47,398 nt of DNA from Malacoraja senta (taxonomy: Eukaryota), in assembly GCA_038087875.1 (NCBI GenBank), contig JAXLNO010001809.1, positions 1 through 47,398 of the forward strand, in the 5' to 3' direction. This document shows, one piece after another, positions 23,051 to 35,929 of the stretch. The notes beneath the pieces are model-generated. The model saw only the letters and a list, made by a program, of their open reading frames with translations. It was not told the origin of the DNA and made no database searches. Each line of letters opens with the position of its first letter. The stretch's first letter is position 1. A program made the translations under genes and the position numbers.

Positions 23051-23792
23051 AGAACACAGAAGGTTCTCTAGATTGTAAAACAAATTGATGCTGTTTGGTT
23101 CAAAAACAAAGGTTCACAACAATGAATGATTTGAACATAATGAGAGAATGTTGTACATGGTTCTGGATGTGGGGTTTAGTACACCAGGTTTTCTTTGCAT
23201 CTTGTATTGAATTTCAACATTTAGAGATCCTTAGTAAGTCAATACCTTTTATTCTTCATTGTGAATTCACTGATGGTCGTAGATTAGATTCTGAGTCCAG
23301 TTACTTGGTGTTTTTGATGTGAGTTTTGCTGCACAAAAGAACTGCTTTTTCTCAGTTCACAGACAGAGGAATGGCTCTAATTTCTGGGTTTGTCCAACAT
23401 GTGCTTTGCTCCTTTAACCAGGGCTGCTGGTGTCTCAGTGAATCTCAGTGGTCATTCACAGAGCACCTTTCATGGTGTCCCCGCACCTTTCACAGGCAGC
23501 GAGGCATGTTCACAGTACAGCCGTGTTGTAATGAATGAATGGATGAATAAATTTATTGGCCAAGTATTCACATACAAGGAATTTGCCTTGGTGCTCCGCC
23601 CGCAAGTGACAACGACATACAGTGACAGTTAGGAATGACATGTAAAATAGTAAATATTAATAATAAAACATTGATTAAACATGTGAATTAATTATAATAC
23701 CAGAGCAAAAGGAGGGTACAGATTTTTGGTTATTTAGAGCCACTACTCGTGGAAAAACAACTGTTTTTATATCTGGCTGTGGCAGCTTTGAC

Positions 23793-24595
23793 AGTCCACT
23801 TTGGTGGCAAAAACAGGAAAGTAGACTATTACCTGAATGGTGGCCGATTAGGAAAAGGGGAGATGCAACGAGACCTGGGTGTCATGGTGCACCAGTCATT
23901 GAAAGTGGGCATGCAGGTGCAGCAGGGAGTGAAGAAAGCGAATGGTATGTTAGCATTCATAGCAAAAGGATTTGAGTATAGGAGCAGGGAGGTTCTACTG
24001 CAGTTGTACAGGGTCTTGGTGAGACCACACTTGGAGTATTGTGTACAGTTTTGGTCTCCTAATCTGAGGAAGGACATTCTTGCCATAGAGGGAGTACAGA
24101 GAAGGTTCACCAGACTGATTCCTGGGATGTCAGGACTTTCATATGAGGAAAGACTGGATAGACTCGGCTTGTACTCGCTGGAATTTAGAAGACTGAGGGG
24201 GGATCTTATAGAAGCTTACAAAATTCTTAAGGGGTTGGACAGGCTAGATGCAGGAAGATTGTTCCCGATGTTGGGGGAGTCCAGAACAAGGGGTCACAGT
24301 TTAAGGATAAAGGGGAAATCTTTTAGGACTGAGATGAGAAAAAAAAAATGTACACAAAGAGTGGTGAATCTGTGGAATTCTCTGCCACAGAATGTAGTTG
24401 AGGCCAGTTCATTGGCTATATTTAAGAGGGAGTTTGTGGCCCTTGTGGCTAAAGGGATCATGGGGTATGGAGAGAAAGCAGGTACAGGATACTGAGTTGG
24501 ATGATCAGCCATGATCATATTGAATGGCGGTGCAGGCTCGAAGGGCCGAATGGCCTACTCCTGCACCTATTTTCTATGTTTCTATGTTTCTATGT
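23793..24595 (+). mobile_element. CR1-clade LINE (HER1-like) 3' fragment
   Basis: ORF 23749-24495 is near-identical to 2995-3765 and has a (TTTCTATG)n tail. Confidence 0.9.
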
Positions 24596-25609
24596 GACAT
24601 GGCTGTGGTTGTGGCTCACATTGTAGCCTCTGGCTGGCAGTGCTTTCTTCAGGTCGCTGCCACTGACAGGGTGCACGCTCACCATGCGGCACCCTCTCCT
24701 CTCACCAGCTGCTGCTTCCAAGGTGCAGTATGTTGGTGACTCCAGGGAGAAGGAGGAGGAGATGGCGGTGGAGGGGGGAAGAGGCCGAGTGGACAGAGCG
24801 AGGGGAGGACGAGGGGGAGATGGCGGTCGAACAGGGAGTGGACAGCAGCAGGTGGGAGGGGAGGGAGCCTCATGGTGACCAAGCACGTCCTATCGAGGAT
24901 GGCAGCTTGAAGAAAGTGCTCATCCCGGGGGCTCCGTGAGCCGCAACAACACCAGCATCATGGACCATATGGTGGTGGGTGAAGAAGGGCTCACTTGCGA
25001 GTCAGAGGTGGAGTTGGAAGCCGGGGCTCTAAGCGGTCAGGAGCCATACGTGCAAGGGTGGTATTGGCAGGTCCGTCTGCTATATCCAAAATCTGTTATA
25101 ATGGGGTCTGTTAAAATGAGGGATTACTGTATCTCAATTCCCTGACTCATGAAGAGCTTTTTTTACCAACCTATTTACCTGTGACAACGCTTCCTGGGAT
25201 CTGTGTACCTGTACTCCAAGATCCCTTAGTTGTACAACACTCCCCGGGCCCCAGCATTGAGGAAGGTCCACAACAGGCCAGATCCAGCACCATTTGGCCC
25301 GGTGCGTGTGGATATGGTCCATCTGGCATCGTACCATGTGCTTCCTGACCTGGGATACATCACCCAGAGCACAGGCCGGTTTGTCCCTCTGGTTGGCAGA
25401 AGTTGCTTCGCCAGTGTGAGATCAGCATTTCACTGCTTGGTCATGCACGGTGTGAAAGGGATTGGGGAAAGGAACCAATTCTCTGTTCTGCCTGGCCTTC
25501 TCTCAGCCTGAATCACCTGCATTTACTCAGCAATCAGCATGAACCTGTTGCATGCGCTGGTAATAATCCATTTACTACAGAACCAATTGTTAATTTATTT
25601 ACTTTTCAG

Positions 25610-25918
25610 AGATTAAGACCTTGCCTTCAGTCCACATCACCTCTTCCTGCAACACAGAATCTGACCAAGAGATCAGCATCCTCTGTCTGGTCAAAGACTA
25701 CCAGCCTGAGATCATCAGTCAGACATGGTCCACCAGCAGTGGGGACATCACCACTGGAATCACAAAGTACCCACCTGTGTTGGGACAAAACAACATGTAC
25801 ACAATGAGCAGCTTGCTGCGAGTCCCTGTGGCAGATTGGAACAAGAAAAACGTCTACTACTGCAAGGCAGGATACAAGCTGGACAACATGGTGAGAACGG
25901 AGTTCCAGAAGCCTCAAG
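25610..25918 (+). CDS. IgW: IgW CH1 exon, intact
   Basis: Acceptor tttacttttcag, phase 1-1, 309 nt, donor gttagt. It encodes EIKTLPSVHITSSCNTESDQEISILCLVKDYQPEIISQTWSTSSGDITTGITKYPPVLGQNNMYTMSSLLRVPVADWNKKNVYYCKAGYKLDNMVRTEFQKPQ, with canonical C-W-C plus an extra N-terminal Cys. Very similar to skate IgX CH1 as recalled. Confidence 0.93.
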
Positions 25919-28788
25919 GTTAGTATGAGATTTTGTTGTCCATTTAAAGCTAATGATAGAACTGAAGTGGAAGCCTTTGTCGAACAATGTAGGAGGAAGC
26001 CAATTAATTATTTTGCTCATTCATTCTCCTCCTATCAGCCAGAGTGCTGCTGCACAAGGAAAAAGACAGTGAGAATTTATGTGGAAGGAGATAATGGTGG
26101 GGGGTGGGGTGTTCACGGAGGAAGCATCTCGTCTTGAACTGCCTCCATTCTATCCACTGTTTTGTCTAATTCCTGCAGCTCTCTACCACCCCAAACACCT
26201 CCCTGCAGATCAGCTGCTGTGCACAGTCACACCTATTGTGCCCATGCACAGTGTGGAGATTGAAACCATATATAATAACCATATAACCATTACAGCACGG
26301 AAACAGGCCATCTCGGCCCTTCAAATCCGTGCCCAACACTTTTTTTTCCTTCTTTTCCCCCCCCCCCTTCTTGCTTCTTACTTCCCCCTAGTCCCATCTA
26401 CAGTACCTGCACTCAGACCATAACCCTCCATTCCTTTCCCGTCCATATACCCATCCAAACTATTTTTAAAGGATAAAATCGAACCTGCCTCCACCACTTC
26501 CACTGGAAGCTCATTCCACACAGCTACCACTCTCTGAGTAAAGAAGTTCCCCCTAATGTTCCCCCTAAACTTCTGTCCCTTAATTCTCAAGTCATGTCCC
26601 CTTGTTTGAATCTTCCCTACTCTCAATGGGAAAAGCTTATCCACGTCCACTCTGTCTAACCCGCTCATCATTTTAAAGACTTCTATCAAGTCCCCTCTTA
26701 ACCTTTTGCGCTCCAAAGAATAAAGACCTAACTTGTTCAACCTTTCTCTGTAACTTAGTTGCTGAAACCCAGGCAGCATTCTAGTAAATCTCCTCTGTAC
26801 TCTCTCTATTTTGTTGACATCCTTCCTATAATTAGGCGACCAAAATTGTACTCCATACTCCAGAATTGGCCTCACCAATGCCTTGTACAATTTTAACATT
26901 ACATCCCAACTTCTATACTCAATGCTCTGATTTATAAAGGCCAGCACACCAAAAGCTTTCTTTACCACCCTATCTACAGTACATGAGATTCCACCTTCAG
27001 GGAACTATGCACAGTTATTCCTAGATCCCTCTGTTCAACTGCATTCCTCAATTCGCTACCATTTACCATGTACGTCCTATTTTGATTTGTCCTGCCGAGA
27101 TGTAGTACCTCACATTTATCAGCATTAAACTCCATCTGCCATCTTTCAGCCCACTCTGCCAAATGGCCTAAATCTCTCTGTAGACTTTGAAAATCTACTT
27201 CATTATCCACAACACCACCTATCTTAGTATCATCTGCATACTTACTAATCCAATTTTCCACACCATCATCCAGATCATTGATGTACATGACAAACAACAG
27301 TGGACCCAACACAGACCGCTGAGGCACCCCACTAGTCACCGGCCTCCAACCTGACAAACAGCCATCCACCATTACTCTCTGGCATCTCCCATTCAGCCAC
27401 TGTTGAATCCATCTTGCTACTCCACCATTAATACCCAACAATTGAATCTTCTTAACTAACCTTCCATGAGGAACCTTGTCAAAGGCCTTACTGAAGTCCA
27501 TATAGACAACATCCACTGCTTTACCCTCATCAATTTCCCTAGTAACCTCTTCGAAAAATTCAAGAAGATTAGTCAAACATGACCTTCCAGGCACAAATCC
27601 ATGTTGACTGTTCCTAATCAGACCCTGCTTATCCAGATGCTTATATATATTATCTTTAAGTATCCTTTCCATTAATTTGCCCACCACTGACGTCAAACTA
27701 ACAGGTCTATAATTGCTAGGTTTACTCTTCGAACCCTTTTTAAACAACGGAACAACATGCGCAGTACGCCAATCCTCCGGCACTATTCCCGTTTCTAATG
27801 ACATTTGAAATATTTCTGTCATAGCCCTTGCTATTTCTACACTAACTTCCCTCAATGTCCTAGGGAATATCCTGTCAGGACCTGGAGACTTATCCGTTTT
27901 CATATTTTTCAAAAGTGTCCGCACCTCCTCTTCTTTGAATCTCACAGTTTCCATTGCTACTCTGCTTGTTTCCCTTACCTCACATAATTCCATATCCTTC
28001 TCCTTGGTGAATACCGAAGAAAAGAAATTGTTCAATATCTCCCCCATCTCTTTTGGCTCTGCAGATAGCTGTCCACTCTGACTCTCTAATGGACCAATTT
28101 TATTCCTTGTTATCCTTTTGCTATTAATATAGCTGTAGAAACCCTTTGGATTTACTTTCACCTTACTTGCCAAAGCAACCTCATATCTTCTTTTAGCTTT
28201 TCTAATTTATTTCTTAATATTCTTTTTACATTCTTTATACTCCTCAAGCACCTCATTTACTCCATGCTGCCTATAATAGTAAGATTAAACGAGAACTTAC
28301 CTAAGTTTGAAGTTTGATCTTTATTTTATGAGGAGTTACGTAGGTGATTACGTGAAGAACCCCGCCAGTGCGCCTGCGCGTCAATCTTCAAAGCAGCGGT
28401 GTGAAATCACAAAAAACAACAACTGAAGTAATATAGTCTCATACTAAAACGAGTAAGACAAGAACTTCCATCTGACCTTTATGATAGAGGGTAGGGTCGT
28501 GGTGGGCACGTAATCACCTACGTAACTCCTCATAAAATAAAGATCAAACTTCAAACTTAGGTAAGTTCTCGTTTAATCTTACTATTTTACTTCGGAGTCA
28601 CGTGAGTGACTACGTGAAGATTTTAAAGCTTTGTGATTTCATGCCGTGGATCAATCCCGGCTTCTCACTGCATAGATTGACTCGGAACGAGAATAATCAA
28701 TCATGCATTCATAATAACATTTGTACCACAAATGCAGTAATTCATTTCAAGAATGAAATTAATCAGATCCCCTTTAAACCAGAGGAAT

Positions 28789-29650
28789 TTACACAGAACT
28801 TAAAATAGTTTCTGCAAACAACCCCGCATTAACAATAGGCCGATGGTAAAAATGTTGAAACATCAACTCATTGGACCACCCGGCGGCTGCGAGGATATGG
28901 TCGACGGGGCCGTCTTTTGCCCTGGCCGCCGACATTTCTGCTGCCCTAGTCGAGTGAGACGTAAAAACATAAGTGTTAATACCAGCAGCTGTTAAGACTT
29001 CTTTTATCCATCTGGAAATAGTCTGTATTGAAACTCTCTTGTGTGGTTTCTTGTGTGTGATCAAAAACCCAGTTTCCGTATTCTCAAATTCTTTGTGACC
29101 TCAATGTATTGTAATAAATATGTCTTAATACAGAGACATGGATCATTTGGATATGCTGCCAGCATAATTTTAAATCCTGTCACACCTGGCCTAATTTGCT
29201 TTAGTAGGTCATAGATATAGAATGTAACCTTGTCTTCAGTTACTTCCATACTGTCTATTTGTAATTTTCCAAGTGTTTGCACTCGTTGTGCTGTCACTCA
29301 TGCCATAAACATGAATACTTTCATACTGAGCTTGACCAAAGGTAAAGACACACTTGATGACCATCACGAAGTAGTTTCAGTACCACACTTACATCCCAGA
29401 TTGTCACGTACCTAGGTTTCGGTGGTTTGGAATTAAAGATTCCTTTCATTAGTCTGGAAACAATTGGGTGTGACCCAATTGAGTTTCTTTCTGAATCCAG
29501 AACCAAATATGAGGACAATGCACTTCTGGCTGAATTAATTGCACTACAACTCAGACCTTCATCATAATAAAGTTTTGACAGAAATTCTAAACATTTGAAA
29601 TATCTGCAGTACTTTATTGCACATTCTTTTGTACCCAGAACTCTTCCCAT
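28789..29650 (-). pseudogene. DIRS tyrosine recombinase remnant
   Basis: INSARSALSS, HPIVSRLMKGIFN and SHSTRAA...ILAAAGWS...FQHFY occur in three ORFs. Confidence 0.85.
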
Positions 29651-29767
29651 TTCTTAATATAAGAAAGGTACTGTTTTTGAGTGCTCTTCCTCCAGGCTGC
29701 CGTAAGCATGTCCACAGTATGCGCAGACAGTCCTCGTCCCAGAAAAGGCATTCTTAAAACCTGCAAA

Positions 29768-31788
29768 TCAACAAATCCAAACGATCATATAATGGATGTT
29801 GTTCCCCTGTACAAGGTGCAGCAATAAATTACTCTTTTTTGGGACTTTCATCAACATTTGTGTTGTTAATTCTAATATCAACGGATACCATGGCTGTGTA
29901 GGCCAATCTGGTACTACCAATACCCTTGAAGCAGCATCTTGCCTGATTTTAAGCAAACATTGGCTTAATAGGCAGAAAGGTGGAAATATATATGAAAACA
30001 TACCACCCCAATGTAGCGAGAAAGCATCAATCGCCACTGCTCCTGGATCTGGTTTCCATGAGACATATCTCGATAGCTGATGATTCAAGTCGATGTCGGT
30101 CATTCCAAATCTGATGACTATATCATTGAATACCTCTTGATTCAACATCCATTCTTTGTTATCATGGAACTTTTCGTGACCTGGTGTCTGCTATCGTTCA
30201 TTCTACCTGGTAGATAGATAGCTGAAATCCAAATGTTCTTTTCAATACACCAAGCCCAAAGTTGATTAACCATTTTGTCACAAGACACCGACTTAATTCC
30301 ATATCATTAATATAAACAACTACTGTTGTGTTATCAATTTGAACTTGAACATGCTTATTAGTTGTGTTAGAACAATAAGCTTGGAGCCCATAGAAACATC
30401 CTAGAAGCTCCAAATAGTTAATTCCCCATGTCTGCAGTAACAATGACTCTTCCTGATTCCATCTGCCTTCTCAGCTAGATGTTAAGTCAGTTGCACCCCA
30501 TCCTGGTGCACTGGCATCAGTTTGTAATATCATGGAAGGTTGTTCAATCAGCACTTTGCTGGAACTGCTTGAGACATGTAGAATCCACCACTGCAGATCA
30601 GAAACAGCATTTGTTGTTAGTTGCATGGTTCTATCAAAATGACCAACATGCATTCTCGGTGCCTGTTCTTTAAGTCTCTGCAGCTGTTGATAATGTAATG
30701 GTCCGAATTGGACTGCTGGGAATGCTGCTACTAATTTTCCCAGTACACGAGCCACCTGTCTAATTGAAGGTTTTTGCTCGTTTAGGAGATTACTGTAATC
30801 TTTAATCAAATCCACCCTTTTCCCTGGGCAAAGTAATATTCATTTGGACTGAATCAATTGTGAACCCCAAATAATTAATAGATGTACATGGTGATAACCT
30901 AGATTTCTGTGGATGAATTAGAAACCCTTTAGGCAGAGCTTTGAACTGCCACAACTGGTTCATCCATTTAAATTTAAGATACTTCCTATCTTCTGAATGA
31001 ACAGACACTGAATAATATGCATCTTTCAAGTCTATAGTTGCCATATAACATGCTTCTGAAATAAGCTGTTTGGCAGTCACAAATGTTTCCATTTTAAAAT
31101 GTCTAAATTGCACAAAAGGATTCAGATTTATCAAATCTACAAGAATCCTACATCCTCCATCCTTTTTTGATCGAGGGAATATATTTGACACAAATTGGTG
31201 ACTTTGGTAGACTGATTTTTCAATGACCCCTTTTTTATATAGGGTTTCATTTGCAACCTGAACCTCCATCACTTCTTTTTGTACAAAGTGCAGAGTTCGG
31301 CTAGGAACATGCTGAACAGGCAAATCATAATTTGGATTGAATTCAATTCGAAATCCTTGTATATTATTCAGGATTACCACATCTGAAGTAATTTTCTTCC
31401 AATTATTATAGAAGAAATGTAACCTGCCTCCAACTTTTGGACTTAATCCAGTTAGTATGTTCCCATGAGAACCAGGTCCACCTACCTCTTGAGTCATTTG
31501 AGTACCCTGAGATTCCTGGGTTCTCCCGGAAGCACGCCCACTGGTTCTTGCTCCCGCTGCAGGCCGCCAACTACGTCCCTGCGTTGATGAGCGACTTGGT
31601 CCAGGATCCGTATGACGTCTGAAAGGATACTTCCTCTTTACAGACTTCACAACCATTGATGTCTTCATCAATCCTGTTTTCGCTTCATCTTCCAACTCTT
31701 TAATACGTCTCCCGAGATCTCTCCAAAGAGTAAGTTGGGTAATTTGTATATTACTTGGTTTGCAGAGTGCTGCGAATTTCGGATTCAT
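29768..31788 (-). pseudogene. DIRS RT / RNase H / adenine-methyltransferase remnants
   Basis: FKMETF, IDLKDAYY, LQTDAS, INYLELL, IDNTT and IDAFSLHW...YIFPPF...VPDWPTQPWY. Confidence 0.85.
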
Positions 31789-33177
31789 AGTAGACCATAT
31801 AGCACTTCTCGAAGTGGGTGCTGCATAGCAACCCCAGTGCTTGCTGATGCAACTTCGTCATCTTTTGATTGTTACCTGCTATTCTGGTAAAAGCAGTTAT
31901 TCCAGAACCCAGCAGCTTTAATATTCTCTGCAACTAATTCCAGATACTCTTGCAGTCTCATCCATTTCATGCTGTTCCAGCTAATGGTAAACCAAGTAAT
32001 TTATTAAGGAGGCCAGTTCTTCCTAATGGCTCTCCTGACCCTGACGGGGCAGCGAATCCTACTACCAGGGGTGGAACATCTGGCAGCTGCCTTTCATCGC
32101 CTTGTACAGCCTCACCGTCAGAGTCGGGGTCTGAAATCTCATGACCCGTAGCACGCTCCTCATTCCTGAGGGTGCATTCCATCAGCCCTGAACCAGGTGC
32201 TGTTAAGCTGCTCCTGCAGCTTGGATTACAGTACACTCCTTCCTGAGTGAACTTTTGCTCCAACAACCTATGAAAAAGGCTTCTATTTGGGCAATACGCT
32301 CGAAAGCAGTATCTAGCCCTGTACCAGGAGCTGTTTGAGCTGTTTCCAGCAGCTTGGCTTTCAGAACACTCCTTCCTGAATGAACTTTGCTCCAACAGCC
32401 TGTGTAAAAGGCTTTCTATTTGGGCAATACGCTCTAAAGCAGTATCTAGCCCTGGAGCTTCTTCATTGCCTGGGACTCCCTCCGTTGGGATTTAAACTTT
32501 GTCTTTTGCCCGACAGGCGCTGACTGTGTTTTCACCAGCCCCAGGTCCACAGTCGCTATGCTCACCGCTGGCGACTGTACCGGGGTTTAGAGGCGGTTGG
32601 TCTCTAACCGCGGACTCCCGACTTTCCCGACTTCTGTCGGCTATGTTGCTCGCCTCTTCCCCCTGTCCGGTTTTTCCCATGGCGTCTGTGGAAAAAATCG
32701 CCATAGACCCACAGTAAACAGACCTGGAAAACCTGTAAAAAAGTTTTTACTTACCTTGTAGTTGAAAAACTACAAACCACTCGAGGAGCACTGCTCCTCA
32801 CGTCCGTTTGCGTCAAGGCGTCTGACGTAATGACGCGCAGGCGCACTGGCGGGGTTCTTCACGTAGTCACTCACGTGACTCCGAAGTAAAATTATTGTAG
32901 ATCTCTCTCTTTTTCCGAACCGTGTCCAATTTCCCTTGAAAACCATGGCTCTTTCCAATTTTTACTATTTCCTTCCTCACTCTTCCTGCAGTTTCCCTTC
33001 AACCCTGCAGCCAACCCCTCACCAAGTGAAATCCAGTCTCCTTGTGGAAATGACATGAATCTGCTTCCACTCTCACTTTTAACCACTGCCTTCCAGTTCT
33101 GATCAAATCATTGCTGCCATAAAAAAATATGTTTCTCGTCCATCTGACCTCCTTTCCTATTAAACTTAAATTTGTGT

Positions 33178-33350
33178 CAGAAGGAATTGCAGATGTTGGT
33201 TTAAAGTGAAGATAGACAGCTGGAGTAACTCAGCGGGTCAGACAGCATCTCTGGAGAAATGGAGTTGGTGACGTTTTGGGTCGAGACCCTTCTTCAGACT
33301 GAGAGTCGGGAAAGGGAAAAGAGAGAAATAGACGGTGATACATTCATTTT
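33178..33350 (-). mobile_element. Penelope-like terminal fragment
   Basis: aattgcagatgttgg...ctcagcgggtcagacagcatctctggag...gggtcgagacccttcttcagact. Confidence 0.65.
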
Positions 33351-33718
33351 CCGCTTGGGCACTTTGTCAAAGAGGTCCTTCCGCAGTTGTACAGGGCCCT
33401 AGTGAGACCACACCTGGAGTATTCCGGGAATTAACCTGATGAACCTACGCTGCACTCCCATTCTATTATTACAACCCATTTATAAGATTCAAATCCAACC
33501 CCTGGTATCCATTGGGTTCAGTGTACCAGAGGGGGGAAAATACTCAATTCAAGCTGCCTCCCTCTCCCCTTCACTAATTGCCTGTATATTCATTCATTTG
33601 CAGACATTGCTGCTTCACATCCCAGTTGCCACTGGCCAGATTTCTTCATGCTCAGACTCTAGTCAGCAAGGACCACCCAGAGATCGCAAGGCAGGAGATG
33701 TTTAAGGTGAATGGTGTG

Positions 33719-35628
33719 AAACATAGAAAATAGGTGCAGGAGGAGGCCATTCGGCCCTTCGAGCCAGCACCGCCATTCATTGTGATCATGGCTGATCGTC
33801 CCCTATCAATAACCCGTGCCTGCCTTCTCCCCATATCCATTGACTCCACTAGCCCCCTAGAGCTCTATCTAACTCTCTCTTAAATCCATCCAGTGACTTG
33901 GCCTCCACTGCCCTCTGTGGCAGGGAATTCCATAAATTCACAACTCTCTGGGTGAAAAAGTTTTTTCTCACCTCAGTCTTAAATGACCTCCCCTTTATTC
34001 TAAGACTGTGGCCCCTGGCTCTGGACTCGCCCAACATTGGGAAAAAAAATTCCTGCATCTAGCTTGTCCAGTCCTTTTATAATTTTATATTTTTCTGTAA
34101 GATGCCCCCTCATCCTTCAAAACTCCAGTGAATACAAGCCTAGTCTTTTCAATCTTTCCTCATATGACAGTCCCGCCATCCCAGGGATCAATCTCGTGAA
34201 CCTACGCTGCACTGCCTCAATCACAAGGATGTCCTTCCTCAAATTAGGAGACCAAAACTGGACACAATACTCCAGATGTGGTCTCACCAGAGCCCTATAC
34301 AACTGCAGAAGAACCTCTTTACTACTATACTGAAATCCTCTTGTTATGAAGGCCAACATTCCATTAGCTTTCTTCACTGCCTGCTGTACCTGCACACCAA
34401 CTTTCAGTGACTGGTGTACAAGGACGCCCAGGTCTCGCTGCACCTCCCCCTTACCTAACCCCATTGAGATAATAATCTGCCCCCTTATTTTTGCCGCCAA
34501 AGTGGATAACCTCACATTTATCTATTTTATACTGCATCTGCCACGCATCTGCCCACTAACTCAACCTGTCCAGGTCACCCTGCAACCTCCTAACATCCTC
34601 TTCACAGTTCACACTGCCACCCAGTTTTGTGTCATCTGCAAACTCTCTATTGTTGCTCCTAATTCCCTCTTCCAAATCATTAATATATATGGTAAACAGT
34701 TGTGGCCCCAACACAGAGCCTTGCGGCACTCCACTCGCCACTGCCTGCCATTATGAAAAGGACCCGTTCACTCCTACTCTTTGCTTCCGGTCTGCCAGCC
34801 AATTTTCTATCCATGCCAACACCCTACCACCAATACCATGTGCTCTAATTTTAGTCACCAGTCTCCCGTGCGGGACCTTATCAAAGGCTTTCTGAAAGTC
34901 TAGATACACTACATCCACTGGCACCCCTTCATCCATTTTACTTGTCACATCCTCAAAATATTCCAGAAGATTAGTCAAGCATGATTTCCCTTTCATAAAT
35001 CCATGTTGACTTGGACTAATCCTTTTACTGCTATCCAAATGCCCCATTATTACCGCTTTAATAATTGACTTCAGCATCTTTTCCACCACCGAAGTCAGGC
35101 TAACTGGTCTGTAATTCCCCGTTTTCTCTCTCGCTCCTTTCTTGAAAAGTGGGATAACATTAGCTAGTCTCCAAACCACAGGAACTGATCCTGAATCTAT
35201 TGAACATTGGAAAATGATCACCAATGCGTCCACTATTTCTAGAGCCACCTCCCTGAGGACCCTGGTATGCAGACCATCAGGCCCAGGGGATTTATCATCC
35301 TTCAGTCCCATTAGCCTACCCAATACTATTTCTCGCCTAATGAACATTTCTTACAATTCCTCTACCCCCTTAGATCCTCTGTCCTCCAGTACATCTGGGA
35401 GATTGTTTGTGTCTTCCTTAGTGAACACAGATCCGAAGTACCTATTCAACTCTTCTGCCATTTCCTTGTTGCCCTTAATAATTTCACCCGTGTCCGCCTT
35501 CAAGGGACCCACATTTGACTTTGCTACTCTTTTTCCCTTAACATATCTAAAGAAGCTTTTACTGTCCCTCTTTATATTCCTGGCCAGCTTCCCCCCGTAC
35601 TTAATCTTTTCAGCCCGTATTGCCCGTA
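33719..35628 (-). mobile_element. CR1-clade LINE (HER1-like), 5'-truncated with internal deletions
   Basis: ORFs 34117-34515, 34556-34741, 34751-35347 and 35351-35746. The 3' end is at aacatagaaaataggtgcagg. Confidence 0.9.
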
Positions 35629-35929
35629 TGTCAAAGTGGCTCAGTAAAAAATTGGGTGACCCTTTAATAAAGGCAAACTGGTGAGGCAAGATCCAGGGCT
35701 CTAACTGACTTTGGGTGAAAACCGTGGTTAGCACAAATTGCCACATATTTATTAACCCACCTCCCAGACACAGACCTCAGTCCAAAGGAAAAATTCAGGG
35801 AATGTAAGGAATGTTGCAAGGAATGGACGTGTTTGGTTATAATCATCCAAGGATGAGCAATACAAAATGTCTCTCGTGGAAGATACCAATATTTTACAGC
35901 ATGGAGAGTATCTATACTCTGCCAGGTTT

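Larger units (their letters stand above)
28278..32890 (-). mobile_element. DIRS1-type tyrosine-recombinase retrotransposon, structurally complete with degenerate ORFs
   Basis: Inverted terminal repeats plus an internal complementary region: 28278-28352 is the reverse complement of ~28507-28583, 28586-28620 of ~32857-32890, and 28353-28383 of ~32830-32860. RT, RNase H, methyltransferase and YR remnants are on the - strand. No TSD. Confidence 0.92.
26265..32975 (-). mobile_element. CR1-clade LINE copy (26265-28277 plus 32891-32975) split by the DIRS insertion
   Basis: ORFs 26378-26968 and 26974-28173. The sequence ...ctgcctataat / tattgtagat... is continuous across the DIRS when compared with 7911-7940. 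Confidence 0.92.

Noticed and set aside
17426-25609. Additional unrearranged D or J segments or RSS in the J-CH1 intron
   Set aside because: I found no CACAGTG/CACTGTG heptamer with a properly spaced nonamer next to a WGxG motif by eye. A formal RSS scan was not run.
33574-33662. Good acceptor (ctaat...ttgcag) followed by DIAASHPSCHWPDFFMLRL* as an IgW secretory tail
   Set aside because: It has no similarity to IgW tails I recall and no polyadenylation signal before the next LINE. Such acceptors occur by chance.
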